Shown here piece by piece: positions 49,920-64,000 of a DNA stretch of 64,000 bases (position 1 is its first letter; each line of letters starts with the position of its first letter). The notes beneath the pieces are model-generated. The model made no database searches, had not been told where the DNA came from, and saw only the letters and a list, made by a program, of their open reading frames with translations. Both the position numbers and the translations under genes were made by a program. The stretch covers positions 1,178,001 through 1,242,000 of the forward strand of contig JBHGNT010000008.1 in NCBI GenBank assembly GCA_043228905.1, written 5' to 3'. Source of the stretch: Azolla caroliniana (lineage: Eukaryota; Plantae; Polypodiophyta).

Positions 49920-50558
49920 TAGTATGGAAACATCGCATACACTTTTCATGCGTCGCACACCAACGAGGGTAACTTGTTGCATAACATCAATCTTCAAGAA
50001 ACTATTGCAAACATATCTCTTGTTAAAATATATATTTTTCCTCCCAATCTTTTTCCCTTTGCAATTTAATATTGTTCTTGGTTGCAACCCTTGAGAGATT
50101 ATCCTACATTCTACAAAGACAAAATTAGTTTGGTTATGTCTTCCATAACAACTTTTTAAGAGGCCACCAATAGTATGTATAATATCCTATGTATATAAAT
50201 TCTCTTATCAAAGCCATGAGGCATTCCCTAATTTCCTATCTATGTAAATTCCATATATTGCATGCATACGTAGGACTACAAAAGGACATAGGACATTGAA
50301 GTGATTTTTGAATGGGGAGGGACATATAGATGCTACCCAATGAGAAAGCGTTGACCATCATCTTAAAAAACTTAAAACACAAATCATGATCTAGTGATGG
50401 TGCCTTGACATAAATCATACCATCACATTTCCCTTTTCTTAATTATATTCTACAAGTTATGTTACTTTTTGGAATGAAATAGGAGGCCTCTCAAGATTCA
50501 TCTATGTATAGGCCTATATTTCACAAGAGTAGTGTAAAATGGTTTATAGTGGGTTAAG

Positions 50559-50846
50559 TTTCCGAAGATGCTCCTAGTGCACGGGCAAATTTAAAACCTA
50601 AATAGATGCTTCCAAATTCCCCCACAATCTTGAATATATACATAAGATCTAATAAATGAGATTTCTTAAATATTTACTATAGTGTATTGTAAAACTTAAA
50701 TAGCTCTAATATTTACTATAGTTTCGGAAGATGCTCCTAGTGCATGAGCGAATTTAAAACCTAAATAGATGCTTCCAAAGTCCCCCACATTCTTGAATAT
50801 ATACATAAGATCTAATAAATGAGATTTCTTAAATATCTACTATAGT
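50559..50846. repeat. ~125-bp direct duplication with 163-bp period
   Basis: GAAGATGCTCCTAGTGCA...TACTATAGT at ~50560 and ~50723. Confidence 0.8.
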
Positions 50847-51082
50847 CTAATGTTATATCTTGGATAGGTGGAATAACAACCTTTGAGTTCCATATCTTGT
50901 ACTTTGATGCACATTTACATCAATCGTAATGTCATCATAATCACCACAAGATTTGTGGACTTACATCAATATGAGGTTCAATAATCCACTTACTATAACA
51001 ATCTTGTCAAGTTAGTGGTTTTTCTCGCTTAATATTCCCTTCAAACTGATATGCATAGGTTCTATTCTATGGACGGTGATCT

Positions 51083-54000
51083 TGTTAGCATCGTAGCCAA
51101 GAACAAGATTAAATTGAAGAAGACATTGAGAAGAGGGAAACGAGAGATAAATAAGAGAAGATTGCAAATGTATTAAAAATAAGAATAAAGGTTACAGGAA
51201 TATGTTGAAGACTAGTGTTGAGCCAGAATGGTTCGTCAAATACCCAAATGCATCTTAATTATAGCATGGTTATAACACATGCATGCCCTTCACCTCAAAC
51301 ATATGCATGATTGCCACTTGGCATTCATGCAAACATGGTACTTGTCGATCATGCATTAGTGTGTATGAGGTACCCATTTCATAATATTAGATATATGTTC
51401 TCAATAATAGAAGTTATTATAATAGTATCTTTCTTACTGGTATAGGTTACACATTTTCTTTAAAGAGGTTATTGGTTCAAATTTTTATCATGAGTTTGAA
51501 GTTTTGATATATGTCCATTTGATTCTTAGTAGACTTGCATGTTCGATCCACAATTGTATAACTCAGCCAATGAACAAAATAAATACAAATCATTGCCCGC
51601 ACAATTTGGGATGCCAAAATGGGTTTCATCTTATATTTTAAGCTTTCATCAAGCTTCGTAAAAGTTGGAGGAGGAACAACACGATCTAGAATAGAGTTCG
51701 ATGCCTGATGTTCCAATTGTCCGACACCATATGAAGATCAAGATCAAAAAGGAAAACAATGTCATTGATCTAGTGAGAGATCACATATGGACCTAGAGGT
51801 TGATAATCCGCCTTGTGGTCTTTACAATAGACATTAAGAGCTAGATGTGATCTCCAAGTCGAAACTTGGTTCTTTCTAGTGATGATTCAAGATGATGATG
51901 ATCTACAAATCTCTTATTGGTCGCCTAACAACTATATAAATGGTGTCAAATAGTACCATGAATTTCTTGCAATTAGCTTCGATGATCTTCTACCATAGGC
52001 TTTGTTTTTTGAGATTTCTTGATGCCTAAGCACTATCAAATGGGATGGACACCTTTTTTAGCAAAGAAGGGAGAAAATTTAGTAGGTTAATGAGCTGAAT
52101 TATTGTATAAGCCAACCCAATCATCTTGTTGGTAATTGACATGAACCAACAAAGATATTGTTCCAAGGTTTGATTTGTACGTTTTGTTTGACCATCAGTT
52201 TTTTAATGAATTCCCGAAAAGAGTTTATCATCAATTTGGAGGATCCCAAGAAAGTGTTTTCAAAATTTCAAAATGAATTGTGGGCCTCAATCACTAAAGA
52301 TGTCATCAGAAAGATCATGATATCAAAAAATTCCATGCATAACCAAGATGTGTGCATGGAAAGAAATGTTCCATCTTCATGAAATGTTCAACCTTCTTGA
52401 ACTGACACCAAAATCTTTGGAAGATGGAAGATTAGTAATAAAGTCCAAAAAGATAGACTTCGATGAACCATCAGGATTTGCTAAAGGTTGGAGTAAGCCT
52501 AGTCGATATCAAGGACAATTGGATCAATAACATGCATCATAACTATGAATGTAGTCCTCAACATAATTCCAAAGATGCAACAACCAAGAGCTTCTAGAAA
52601 CTAGTTCCAAACTCTCGCAAACTCCAAGTCTCCAACAATTGTTATGTCGTGGTAGTTTTGTAAAATGAAAGGCCATGAATGACCATCAAAGACATGGCAA
52701 ATGAATCAATTATATACTTTACAAGAACCCTCTATCACCCTCAAAGCGTGAACAAGAATCATGATGTTCAAAAGAAGGTTCCCCTAAACAAGGTGCCATG
52801 TTGAACCACTAAGATAGAGCACCTATCTTTCATTGGTGTGTTTTGGGGGGCGCACGATCAACAAATCAAAGCACATAAGAAATTATGCCCAACAAGATTG
52901 TCGAGGAATAAAGACTCTAGCATTATGAAAATGAACTAGGTTCATTTGATCCTACTGAACTAGTGTCGACAATGATTTCATGGGGAGAACCTTCCAAGAA
53001 ATACATCAATGGTTAAAAGAGTCCAAGTTACCTAGAAGCTCATTGTCGTGAATCACATAATTAATTCCCCTATTTCAAATTTCCATGAAAAACGATTGGA
53101 TGTAATTGCTTGATGTCTTTGGTTTGGGAGATGACACTCCCGAGTGAAAAATCCAATGCACCAATTGCTAAACTAAATGGCTTGGCTAGATCATTGTGGA
53201 TTCAAAAAGGGGTACATGGGAATGCACACTTTAAGCTTTGAAATGTGTCAATTGTACTTGAATTCCATATGAATGGTTAGTTTTTTGTGTTAATTGTGTT
53301 TTTTTGCGAACTGATCTTCAAATAATTCTTAATGAATTTACGATAAAAATTTTGCAAATCCCAAGAAACATTGCATATCACAAATAGATCATGGTGTTTA
53401 CCACTCTAGAATTATTTACACATTTGCTGGATCCATAGAGGTTTCTTTTGATGAGACTAGATATTCAAGGAATTCCACTTGGTTCCAGTCAAAACTACAT
53501 TTCTCAACTCTTGCATAGAGACCATATTCTTGTAATCATCGCAAAACTTAGCAATATATGCTAATCATACTCCACTTTAGTCTTGGAGAAGATCAAGATG
53601 TCATCCAAATAAGGATGCCAAGAAGTCTCGAAAAATATCATTGGTTAGATATTGAAAAACCAATGGCACATTTGTGAGACGGGAAGGCATAATTGTATGC
53701 TCAAAAATGCCCATCTCGATTGTAAAATATGGTATTTCACCATCACCCTAACAAATCCGAACTAGATTATAAGGACCTCGAAGGTTGGGCTTTGTAAAAT
53801 ATTTGGCTTCAGTTAAGTGCTCAAAAAGAGTTAAGATTAGAGGTAAGGCATAGTTGTTCCAAATAGTGATTTTGTTTAAGCCTCAATAATCTACGACCAA
53901 GCAAAGTGATCCATCTTAACCAAAAAAAATTGTGCATCAACAAGAGATTTAGAATGGCAAATGAATCCACTTACAAAAGTTTCATCAATATAAACCCTAA

Positions 54001-54500
54001 ACCCAAAATCCTTATTATGATTGATGACCATCAAAATTTGGTGGGAGACTTACTTTAGGTTCTTTTGCTGAACTTGGTGCTCCTGAAGCTTGTTTTTGCA
54101 ATTGATAAACTATTTGAGTTAATTGCTCATGTTGTTTAGCTTTTTCAGCATTCACTTATTGTAAATCCCCAAAAAGCCTTTTATTCTCCTACCCAAGGCC
54201 ATGAACTTGGTTGTCAAGCATCGTAGACCACCCAAAATACACATATGTTCTTGTTCACTTATTTAGGATTACCTTGGCTACAAGACGATAGGACAAAACA
54301 TTTCTCTGGGAAAAAGGAATGAAGAAGAAGGGTTTTTCTAGTTCAAATTGTTAGTGCAATAGTCAAGAAAAAGATCCAATTGGAGAAGAGAATGAGAAGA
54401 GATAAAGGAGAGACAAATAAGAGAAGATTGACAATCTATTAACAATAAGATCAAGTGTTAACAAAATATGTCAAACGTTGTCATTGAATTGAAATGGTTC
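51083..54500 (-). mobile_element. Old, internally deleted Ty3/gypsy (chromovirus-like) remnant
   Basis: Diverged direct repeats starting TGTTAG at 51083 and 54349; minus-strand RT remnants at ~53550-53950 (YALPL, MPSRLTNVP); integrase remnants; chromodomain-like YFVHW..Y...DRT at ~51530-51590. Confidence 0.55.
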
Positions 54501-54565
54501 AGCTAGTTATATATGTAATTTACCAATGGAAATTATTATACACACACACACACAATTATAAATTG

Positions 54566-55131
54566 GTTTGTGAGATTCTCCGACCAACCACGACTGGTTT
54601 CCTCTAATGCATATGCGGGTGCAAAGGACAAGTATAGAGACTATAGAATAACAGAAGTACAGAGACACAGGATGTTTACATTGAAAACCCTAAATGGGAA
54701 AACCACAGGAGCCCACAGACTCCAAACTAGATCACTAATAGTAAGAAGAATACAATAAGAACTTGCAAGGCACTGACCTTGAGTTCTACTTCGTCTAAAC
54801 AGATAGCTATGGAGAAGTTACTACATTCTCTTACACTCTCTTGGTTACAGAGGCAACAGCCAACAATAAATATTCACAACAAAAACTAAATCTAACTACT
54901 TGCCCTAACTATATTTATACTCCATATACAATATGGGCTATTTACAAACATAGTCATAATGGACATATCTAGGCTATTTACAAATATAGCCTCGAGTCAG
55001 CTTCAGCCAACTCGGCTATTAGCCTAATCGATTATTCGATTTGTCGATTTGTCACTCAATAGATTATTCGAGTTGAGATCGATTGAACCACCTTGTGCTC
55101 TTCCCATCCGGAGGAACCAAATTTCCCAACA
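54566..55131 (-). mobile_element. Copia solo LTR related to element C
   Basis: Shares GAAAACCCTAAATGGGAAAA, GGCTATTTACAAATATAGCCTC and the CCATCCGGAGG...TCCCAACA end with the C LTR; flanked by AATTG on both sides. Confidence 0.75.
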
Positions 55132-55221
55132 AATTGATATACCATTGTACAACATTCATATGCACAGATGTTTTGTAGGTAAATATGGAGCACACTTTGA
55201 GCAATTATCATCAACCATCTT

Positions 55222-58200
55222 TGTTACCATACAAGATGTAGAGAGAGTTGAGTGTTATGAGTGAGGGTGAAAGACTATAATGTTGTTGTGTATGTGAAAT
55301 GTATACGAGTACAAGTGTGAATGTAAGTGTTAGTGTCAGTGGATAAATAGGAAAGGGTGTGGGTGGGTGATGTGTATAGATGGCTTGAGGGGCATGCACC
55401 CCTATGAATATAACCTCATTGTAACTATTTAACCCCCTTATGGGGAATGAATGAAGGATTTCTCTCTCTCAACTTCTCTATCTTGTCATCTATCTCTCTC
55501 TTCCTTCCTTACGTTGAACCCCCTTGAGGTGGGGCCATTCTAGGAAATTGTTACGAGCATGACCATATAACATCCCGTGGTGAGAATTTACCGTAGTATT
55601 CTATACATGTGGATAAGTGTGAGGGTTAAACGAGAGTGTAAAGAAGGGGAGGATTACTTTTAATCCTCGGGATTGATACAACCCATTAGGCCAAGTGTGA
55701 ACTTGCCTGGGGGCTATAAATAAGAGGCCTAGCTACCCTCATTTCATCATCTCTTGACTATGTTGAGACTCTGTTTCGTGGTGGGTCAACTCTTGTAGAG
55801 AGTGCGCCAGCACCAGATACGACTCGACGCCACGACGATGGTATGGGACTCTGTTGTCTCGATCCCTTCGCTCGGGGGTGGTCGAGTGGATCGACACCCT
55901 TCTTTCTCTCTGCTTTTCTATTTGATATATATTATATCATTATCATATGCTTACATTAGAACATCACTCTAACAGTTGGTATCAGAGCTTAGGTTTCTAA
56001 TGTTTTTTTTGTTGGTTTTTGTTGTCTTCTTGATGGATGGTGATCAATTGACGTGTGGTCGACCTTGATCCAGATAGCGATCAACAAAGGAACTTCGGTA
56101 ACTCTTTCTTGTTTTTTTTCTATTCTTTCTTCTCCCAATCTAATCATGTATAGTCAATATGTTTTTTCTTTATTGATTCAATGATGTTGCAGTGGTAATG
56201 GATTGGTTGTATAAAACGTATTCATATGTGTATGAGATCAATACCTCATTTGACATATATTTGATATGTGATTCATGTCGTATGCGTATGAAGTTAATAC
56301 CTCAATTGCGTATTACGTTCACATACATATGTTACGTATGCATGTGAGGTCAATACCTCGATTTCTATTTAAATGATATGTGTTTGGTGTCATATGTGTA
56401 AGAGGTCAATACCTCGATTGCGTATTACGATTGATCCTTATTTTTGGATGTTTCATGTGGGTAGAGGCTATATGCCTCGATTACGTATCTCGATTACATC
56501 ATTGTTGGCTATTTGATATTACGATTTTTTTAATATATGCATATGTGGTCTCATGTATACATATTTGATCATATATATATGATAAATATACATATGTGTA
56601 TATTAGTTATTACATGATTTCTATATCGAATGTTTCCTTTTCGGGGAAACGATCTTGGTGGCCGTCCTCATATTTTTGTGAGAATGGCGTAGTCACAATC
56701 CTTTTTTCAACAATTTTTTTATTGACATCCCCGTTGGTCACTTCGATTTCGTTACGTAATGAAATGATCATAGCGACAATGATGTTGAGAATGTAGGGCT
56801 TGACCCACTTCATGTGAGGTCGCTCCTATGACACACATATCCAACATCCCTCCCTCATTACATGGATACAATGCCACCATGAGATCATTCTTATGAAAGG
56901 CATTTGTAATGACATAACCATGTGATGGGCCACATGGGCCTACTACGAAAAGATGGCTCATTTGGCTTGACCATTAGGTTGCACTTTGGCGTATGCCATC
57001 GTAATTATGAGACTTGAGGTTAGGTAACGTACCAACATAGTTTGTGGTAAACGACAGGGAAATAAGGACTCTTGACATATATGTTTCTTTTATAAAAACA
57101 TATATGGGCAAATGCCTCACATATCTCTTATATGCGTAAAATATTGTACATTCAACATGAGCAACCGATTTGGTTAGCTCAAGTGTTTAATGCATTTCTT
57201 CTCGAGGTCTCGAGTTCAAATATGACCAAGACCATACAACATTGTTGATACATATGACTATAATACATGTTTAGACTTTAGGTCTAAGTGCACTCTGGGG
57301 TCCTCGTAATAGGACATAAAGAGCCGAAACCACATACGTGGGCCCAGAAACATAGTTTATTGTTAATCTTTTTTTCGTGGATAAACTATTCATGATGCAA
57401 ACATACATGGTTGAGCCTCGGGGAGCTGCCATGAAAAGATATAGAGATCAGGGAAAGACATTCATCTGTCCCCCCTATGGTTTTTAAAACACCTTTGTGT
57501 TACCATAGTAACCTAATCTTGAACCTCAACTCATACGTCTAGAGGGGTATTGACGTGAGATCATGATATCGATTAATGTTAGCCCATGATATGTTTACAT
57601 CTCGACATGATGTTATGACTATTTGGCTGACCTTATCCTATTTCTTTGCCAGAAATTATCATTCAATGGCTCATAATAACGACCCCATGTCATCCGCTCA
57701 AGCGGAAGGAACTCAAGGAAATCCTCTTGGGCCAATCTCCATTAAGTCGCATTTCTTACAAATACAAAATTTCCTTAGTTCAACCGCTCATCAGATGTCC
57801 AAACTTCGGCAATCTCATAGTGCTCTCAAGGCACGTGTCATTAGTTTACAACGTGACACTAATAGACCCGATGAGCGTCAGGGTGAACCATCATTTGTCG
57901 TAAAGCTATTTACGGGAGAAAAAAAGGAAAGAACCGAAGAAGCAATATGCACGTGGTTGGGCCGATGGGAGTCTCATTTTGAGCTCTATCCCTTGCCAGA
58001 TAGTATGAATATCGCATATATCGGCCGAGAACCAGGGGGTATGGCCGCCGCCTGGTGGTGTGGGCTCCAAACTTTGGGGAAATTGCCCGATACTTGGGAC
58101 CAATTTTGTCACAGTTTTCAAGGGCCAATTTCTACAACCTCCCTCTCGAACTAAGGCAGCACAAGCTTTAATGAACCTCTCTAGCAGGAAGTTTTCCTCG

Positions 58201-61200
58201 CTAGAAGAATATGTTCACCATGTTAGAACCAAAATCCAAAAATCAAGTCTAGAAGGGACAATTGGTTGATAGCTTGTTTTGTCAATGGCATCCCCAATTC
58301 GGACTATCATTGGATAGTGCACGATAAGGATTGAAAATCCTTCGAAGAGGCCATTGAAATAGTTCTTTGCTATCAACGCACTTTGAAGAAGGACCATAAC
58401 AAACCCAACGAAGCGCCCGGGACTAAGCAGTCGCAATTCTCTAGGAAATGCAAGACACCCAATGAATTCATGGATCGCTATTGTAAGTGACATAATCCTT
58501 TTTGCGTATTCTGCAAAAAGAAGGGTCATACAAAAGAGCAATGTCGAAAGCTCCAACGGAAAGAGCATGACAAGAAAACAAAACCTGCAGACCATAAAGG
58601 CCAAATTCCTAATGTCCTTCAGGTCTATACACATCATTTAAGTAATTGTCAATGTTCTTTCCCTCACTATGTATTGGGACCCAATGATTTACTATGTGCA
58701 AACGGATATATCAATGGATCTCCCATATCATTTTTGTTTGATTCGGGACGCTCACACAACTTTGTGAATGATCGTTTGGTTCAGATATAAGGAATCAAAC
58801 CCACCATAAGTGATAACACATATAAGGTGCACTTGGCTGATGGAAGAGTACAATACATCAACGAGGTGATTCATTCATTAGGAATTTTTCTTGATACTTA
58901 TATAGAGGAAGTAGACTTCCATGTAATGAACCTTTGTACCACTAATGTAATACTAGGTTATCCTTGATTTTTTAATAAAAACTCTTCTTTATCTATTGAT
59001 TGGGTTCATCATTCAATTACTTTTGTACTGAATGATTGTACTCATTTTATTCAGTGTGTTAAAAAACAATCTCTTTCGATTGTTTTCTCTCCATCAATAT
59101 CCGAGTTGTCTTGTTCTATTTTATTTTATTGTGTACTCGATCCGGACTTTCATGTTTACAATATCAATAATGTCTCGGTTCAATTATCATATTTTGAACG
59201 ACAACAACTTGATGAAATCTTAAATAATTTTTGTGTTGTTTTTCCGAGTGAACTACCACATGGGTTACCTCCTAAACATAATATAGACCATCATATAGAT
59301 ATTGTACTTGGCATTGCACCAATAGTATACCTCCTTATCGCTTAAGTCGATTCGAAGAGGATGAGGTATCTAAGCAACTCAAGGACTATTGACAAATGGG
59401 TTATATATGTCATAGTAAATCTGCATGGTGTGCACCTGTTCTCTTGGTAAAAAAGAAAGATGGCACATGGCGTATGTGTATTAATTACCGACGCCTGAAG
59501 AAAATGATGCTCAAGAATTCATATCCATTGCGTCGAGCTGACGATCTAATTGACATTCTCCAGGGAGCTCAATATTTTACGAAACTTGACCTATGTATTG
59601 GCTACCATCAAATTCATATAAGTGAGGATGATGTTCCTAAAATGGCATTTCGTACGTGCTATGGCCATTATGAGTTTTTGGTTATTCCTTTTGGTTTGAC
59701 CAATGCTCATGCCACATTTCAACAAGAAATGAATGACATTTCAAGAACAACTTGGAAAATTTGTCATCATTTTCTTGGATGATATTTTAGTTTATAGTCG
59801 TACATTAGAAGAACATGCTAAACATGTCCGCTTAGTTTTACAAACATTGTGCGACGAGCAATTCTACGCGAAGATCTCAAAATGCGAGTTCTTCAAGAAA
59901 TCAATTACTTATCTTGGACATCTCATAACCAAATGAGGAGTTGAAATTGATCCTTCTCGCATCAAGAAAATCAAACTTTGGCCCACTCTTCGGAATATTC
60001 GAGAAGTTTGATCATTCCTCAGTTTTACCGGGTTTTTGTGAAAATCCCTTCGTAATTACTCCCAATTGACGATGCCGTTTATAGATCTTCTCAAAGGTCA
60101 AACGCGTAAGTCTAGTACAAAACCTATTGTGTGGAATGCTACACTAGACCTCGCCTTTAAGGAACTCAAGGACTTTGTGTGCAAGGCTCCTTCGCTTCTT
60201 TTACCCGACTCTTCAAAACCTTTTGAGGTGATGCAAGTGATTATGCTATAAGTGTTGTCTTATATCAAGATGGTAAACCAATAGCATTTGAGAGTAAGAA
60301 ACTTGATTCTGCTCAATGTCGGTATACCGTTCAAGAAAAAGAATTATTTGCATTTATACATGCGCTCAAAACATGGCGTCATTATCTTTATGGAAATCGT
60401 TTTGTGGTAAGTATGGACCACGAGTCCTTGAAATATTTCTGTGACCAACAAGACTTGAAAGGTCGTAAGGCACAATGGGCTGATCTCATCCAGGACTTTG
60501 ATTTTTCCATAATATATCGTAAACGTTCCATGAAAATTGTCGCTTATGCACTAAGTCGTATCCATGAAGTTAATATGCTTAGCTTCACTAAAATAAAATT
60601 AGATCTTTATGATCACCTTTGAGAAAAGTATCTTGATGACAGTTATTTTGCGAAATACTAGGCAAGGGTTGAGTCTGGAATAGACACCGCCACATCCTCG
60701 AAGGAATCAATCCACATTGCTAACGGTTTGCTCTATCGTAATGGAAAGGTTTGTGTTCCAGATTTGCCTGAGGTCAAAAAGAGAATTCTTTTTGAATGCC
60801 ATGATGCACCCTCAGTAGGGCACCCTGGAATACATCGTAGACTCGTTCTCATCTCCACTCAATTCTATTGGCCTAAGATGCGTCCTGACATACATATCTA
60901 TGTGACTAAATGTCACCAATGTCAGGTTCACAAAGCCGAGCGAGTTAAAGTCATAAGACTTTTACATCCCTTAGACATTCCCAATAATAAGTGGGAAAGT
61001 ATATACATGGATTTTATTGTTAGTCTTCCTTGCACTCAAAAAATCCATGATGTCATCTGGGTTGTGGTTGATAGACTAACTAAAATGGTCAGATTTATTG
61101 CTACTAAAACCACGGTAACAGCTCCTGAATTGGCTTACCAATTCGTTTAACAGTTATTTTTTATGGGTTACCGATGGATATCGTGAGTGATCGAGATCCA

Positions 61201-62644
61201 AATTTTACAGGTGACTTCTGGACGCAAGTCTTAATAAAGAAGTTAGAAACTATGTTGAGCATGAGCGCCATGGATCATCCTCAACCCGATGGACAAACAG
61301 AACGAGTAAATCAAATTATTGAGGACATGCTTTGAGCATACATTGGTGCAAAATCAACAAAATGGGAACGTTATCTCCCAATTTCGGAGTTTGCTTATAA
61401 CAACTCCAAGAATACGTCGACGGGATATAGTCCTTTTATGTTGATGTATGGTTTTCAGCCACGAGCCCGATTGATGTTAATATACATCATGATGAGTTGC
61501 TAAGTACGCAAAACTTTCTTTCGGATATGCAAGATATGTTGCATATTGCACGAGATATTAAAAACAACACAAGATAGCGCGAGTTTTTATGCTGATCATA
61601 ATGGGCAACCTCGTGTATTCAACCCTAGATAGAAGGTATTTTTTCGTGTACCTCAGAATTCTAAGAAATTGTCTACGAGTAAGTGCGTTAAGTTAGCCCC
61701 ACGGTTTTGTGGACCTTTTCAAGTCCTCAAACGCATTGGTTCATCAGCCTATCATCTCGCTCTTCCCGATGACGTTGAAATTCATCCAGTTTTTCATGTA
61801 AGTCGTCTAAAAGAACTTCTAGGTTCTGGAGACAATGTAGTTACAATAGAAACTTTGGTTACTTCTTAAGAATTATCTTCTAAACCACATGTACAAGAAA
61901 GAATTCTCGATGTTAAAACAAAAAATATGCATACTAAAATAATCCAAGAATTTAAAATTAAATGGATGGATAAATCTATCAAAGGTGCCACATGGGAACG
62001 CGAAAATACTCTAGACTTAGAACTAACTTCCCTAACTTTCCATTGCAAGACTGCAATGTTTTAAAGAGGAGGAGTATGTTACGGGCATGACCATATAATA
62101 TCCTATGGTGTGAATTTACCGTAGTATTCTATACATGTGGATAAGTGTGAGGATTAAATGAGAGTGTAAAGAAGGGGAGGATTACTTTTAATCCTCGGGA
62201 TTGAGACAACCCATTAGGCCAAGTGTGAACTTGTTTGGGGGCCTTGGGTCTCGCCATAAATATGAGGCCTAGCTACCCTCATTTAATCATCTCTTGACTA
62301 CGTCGAGACTCTGTTTCATTGTGGGTCAACTCTTGTAGCGAGTGCGCCAGCACCAGGTACGACTCGACGCCACGATGGTGGTATGGGACGCCGATCGAGG
62401 CTCGAGTCCGTCTCAATCCCTTTGCTCGGGGCTGGTCGGCTGGATCGGCACCCTTCTTTCTCTCTCTCCTTTCTTATTTCATATATATTATATCCTTATC
62501 ATATGCTTACACTAGAACATCACTCTAACAAGAATGCTTATATCAATATCTTCGCCATCTCCTTCGCCATCAATCCCGTAATGCTCATCATCTTCATCAT
62601 TACACCATGATTACCAATCCATCAATAACCCTAAACCTATAACA
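55222..62644. mobile_element. Possible older solo LTR (55222-55548 + 62531-62644) split by the chromovirus
   Basis: TGTTA...TAACA ends, LTR-like composition, flanks ATCTT/ATCCC (imperfect). Confidence 0.35.
55549..62530 (+). mobile_element. Full-length but decayed Ty3/gypsy chromovirus
   Basis: LTRs 55549-55974 and 62077-62530 (visibly diverged, with indels); iMet PBS 55977-55988; PPT AAAGAGGAGGAG; gag [37 protein letters not shown], RNase H, IN HDAPSVGHPG..CHQCQ, chromodomain FKIKW..ATWE at ~61890-62030. Confidence 0.92.
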
Positions 62645-62677
62645 ATCCCAACCATCCTATTGTACATGGAGCATTAT

Positions 62678-62923
62678 ATTTTAGAATGATACGGGTTTAG
62701 CTAATTAGCTTTTGACCTTAATCATTGTTAAGCCCCAATGGAAGACTAAGGGGAGAAAGAAAGAAAGATATATTAACGTCTTCTAAGACCAAATTTGGTT
62801 TGATTTTAGAGTGATATGGGTTTAGCTAATTAGCTTTTGACCTTAATCATTGTTAAGCCCCAATGGAAGACTAATGGGAGAAAGAAAGAAAGATATATTA
62901 ACGTCTTCTAAGACGAAATTTGG
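62678..62923. repeat. 125-bp tandem duplication, each unit ending in a minus-strand RTEX-like 3' end with (TCTT)n tail
   Basis: Units 62678-62798 and 62803-62923. The reverse complement CCAAATTT(G/C)GTCTTAGAAGACGTTAATATATCTTTCTTTC resembles 28901-28945. Confidence 0.75.
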
Positions 62924-62932
62924 CCGTCAAAA

Positions 62933-63006
62933 TGCTTTCATTGAGAGTTGAACTCAACACCTCCCGCTTACTAAGCGGGTGCTCTAACCAACTGAGCTAT
63001 GAAAGC
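62933..63006 (-). tRNA. trnT-AGT: tRNA-Thr(AGT)
   Basis: GCTTTCATAGCTCAGTTGGTTAGAGCACCCGCTTAGTAAGCGGGAGGTGTTGAGTTCAACTCTCAATGAAAGCA: 7-bp acceptor stem, CCCGC/GCGGG anticodon stem, AGT anticodon, TTTT terminator, AT-rich upstream region. Confidence 0.93.
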
Positions 63007-63881
63007 AACTGTTAAATAAATAATCTATTAGTAAGTGAAAGGAGAAGCCAAGAAAGAAGAAGAGCTCGAAAAGTCACAACAAGTGTGACTTTTATAGCCT
63101 TTTACAATGAGGTTGGGCTTCTTTCACAGTAGGTTGACCATTTGACTATAACCTTTCTAGTGAGATTTCTATCCCCTATTTCTTAGTGTCTTCTTGACCT
63201 TGATGTATGTTGTTTGTTATCGGCTTAGGATAACACGGTGTCGAATATTTGGTCCTTTGGCTATTCGACCTCAAGGTATTATGTTCGGGGAAAAAGGAAA
63301 GTTCGCTCCGCTTCAGACTATTTGAAAACTTTCGAACTAGAGAATATTACGTATGAATCGAACTCAGGTTGTGCAACTGCGGAGCTAAATGAGCCAGCTA
63401 CAACGGACTGTAACGCACAAGTACAAAGAACGTGGAACTCAACACAGAGGAATTACAACACAGATTCAGACTCAAGAGTATCGGAGGAAATCATAATTAT
63501 ATTATATGCGCAAAGATACAACGTTCAATCAAATTTTACATGCTTCCCATGGCCCTTTATATAGGGCTCAGGTTGTGCGTGAACCGTTAAATCTATTCAA
63601 TAGTTTTACTATTTTACGACTCTCTATTTACTACTTCTTTAATTACTCGGCCCTACCCATTCCTCTTTACGCTTTGTAACCATTATTCACCCTGTTTACA
63701 CTTGGTCATCCAAACTTGCCAACACATGCATGCTCGTGCGACAGTGCATGCACGGTCCAACCCACGGGCCAGGCTTCGGATCCGGCTCTGCTCGGTTGGC
63801 GTCGATTCGGGTTCGCGTTGTTGGTTCAGGGTTGGCTTCGGATCCGGCTTGGCGGCTTGTTCCTCCTGTAGTGGTTGCATC

Positions 63882-64000
63882 TGAAGGAGTTTCACTCAAA
63901 CAAAAACAGAAAATGAAGAACACACGATTTACGTGGAAAACCCTGATTTCAGGGAAAAACCATGGGAATAGGAAATTTCACTATGAGCAATTACAGAATA
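63882..64000 (-). mobile_element. Start of another copia-type LTR running off the window
   Basis: TTTACGTGGAAAACCCT...GGGAAAAACCA motif shared with the C LTR. Confidence 0.5.

Noticed and set aside
55544-62535. TSD for the chromovirus
   Set aside because: Flanks GAAAT and AGAAT do not match well; a TSD cannot be claimed (age or inter-element recombination).

Overview
Eukaryotic plant DNA, not prokaryotic. It has spliced genes and plant tRNA-Trp/iMet primer sites, and the TE content suggests a non-seed land plant such as a fern, lycophyte or bryophyte (inference). The window is almost entirely transposable elements around one intact host gene (4-exon pectate lyase, 47231-49322) and one tRNA-Thr(AGT) gene. 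Positions ~4.2-42.9 kb are one old L1 LINE expanded about six-fold by nested insertions. The first nest is a Trp-primed Ty3/gypsy element (A) containing a younger relative (B) and a Ty1/copia (C). The second is a short LINE containing a 13.7-kb Sola2-like DNA transposon (26-bp TIRs, GGG termini, AATC TSD), which itself holds an RTEX-like LINE and a solo LTR. Main observations: (1) the Sola2-like element carries a convergent coiled-coil/RING-H2 cargo gene and is seeded with GTACTAA motif arrays, reminiscent of VANDAL/VANC anti-silencing; (2) a G_GAU_UUU-UAG -1 frameshift signal with a covarying stem/pseudoknot lies between gag-PR and RT in the gypsy family; (3) that family's 4-bp target sites are CpG-centred; (4) an RTEX-type 3' tail is fused just behind a tRNA gene. 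All family assignments are by motif recognition; no database searches were run.
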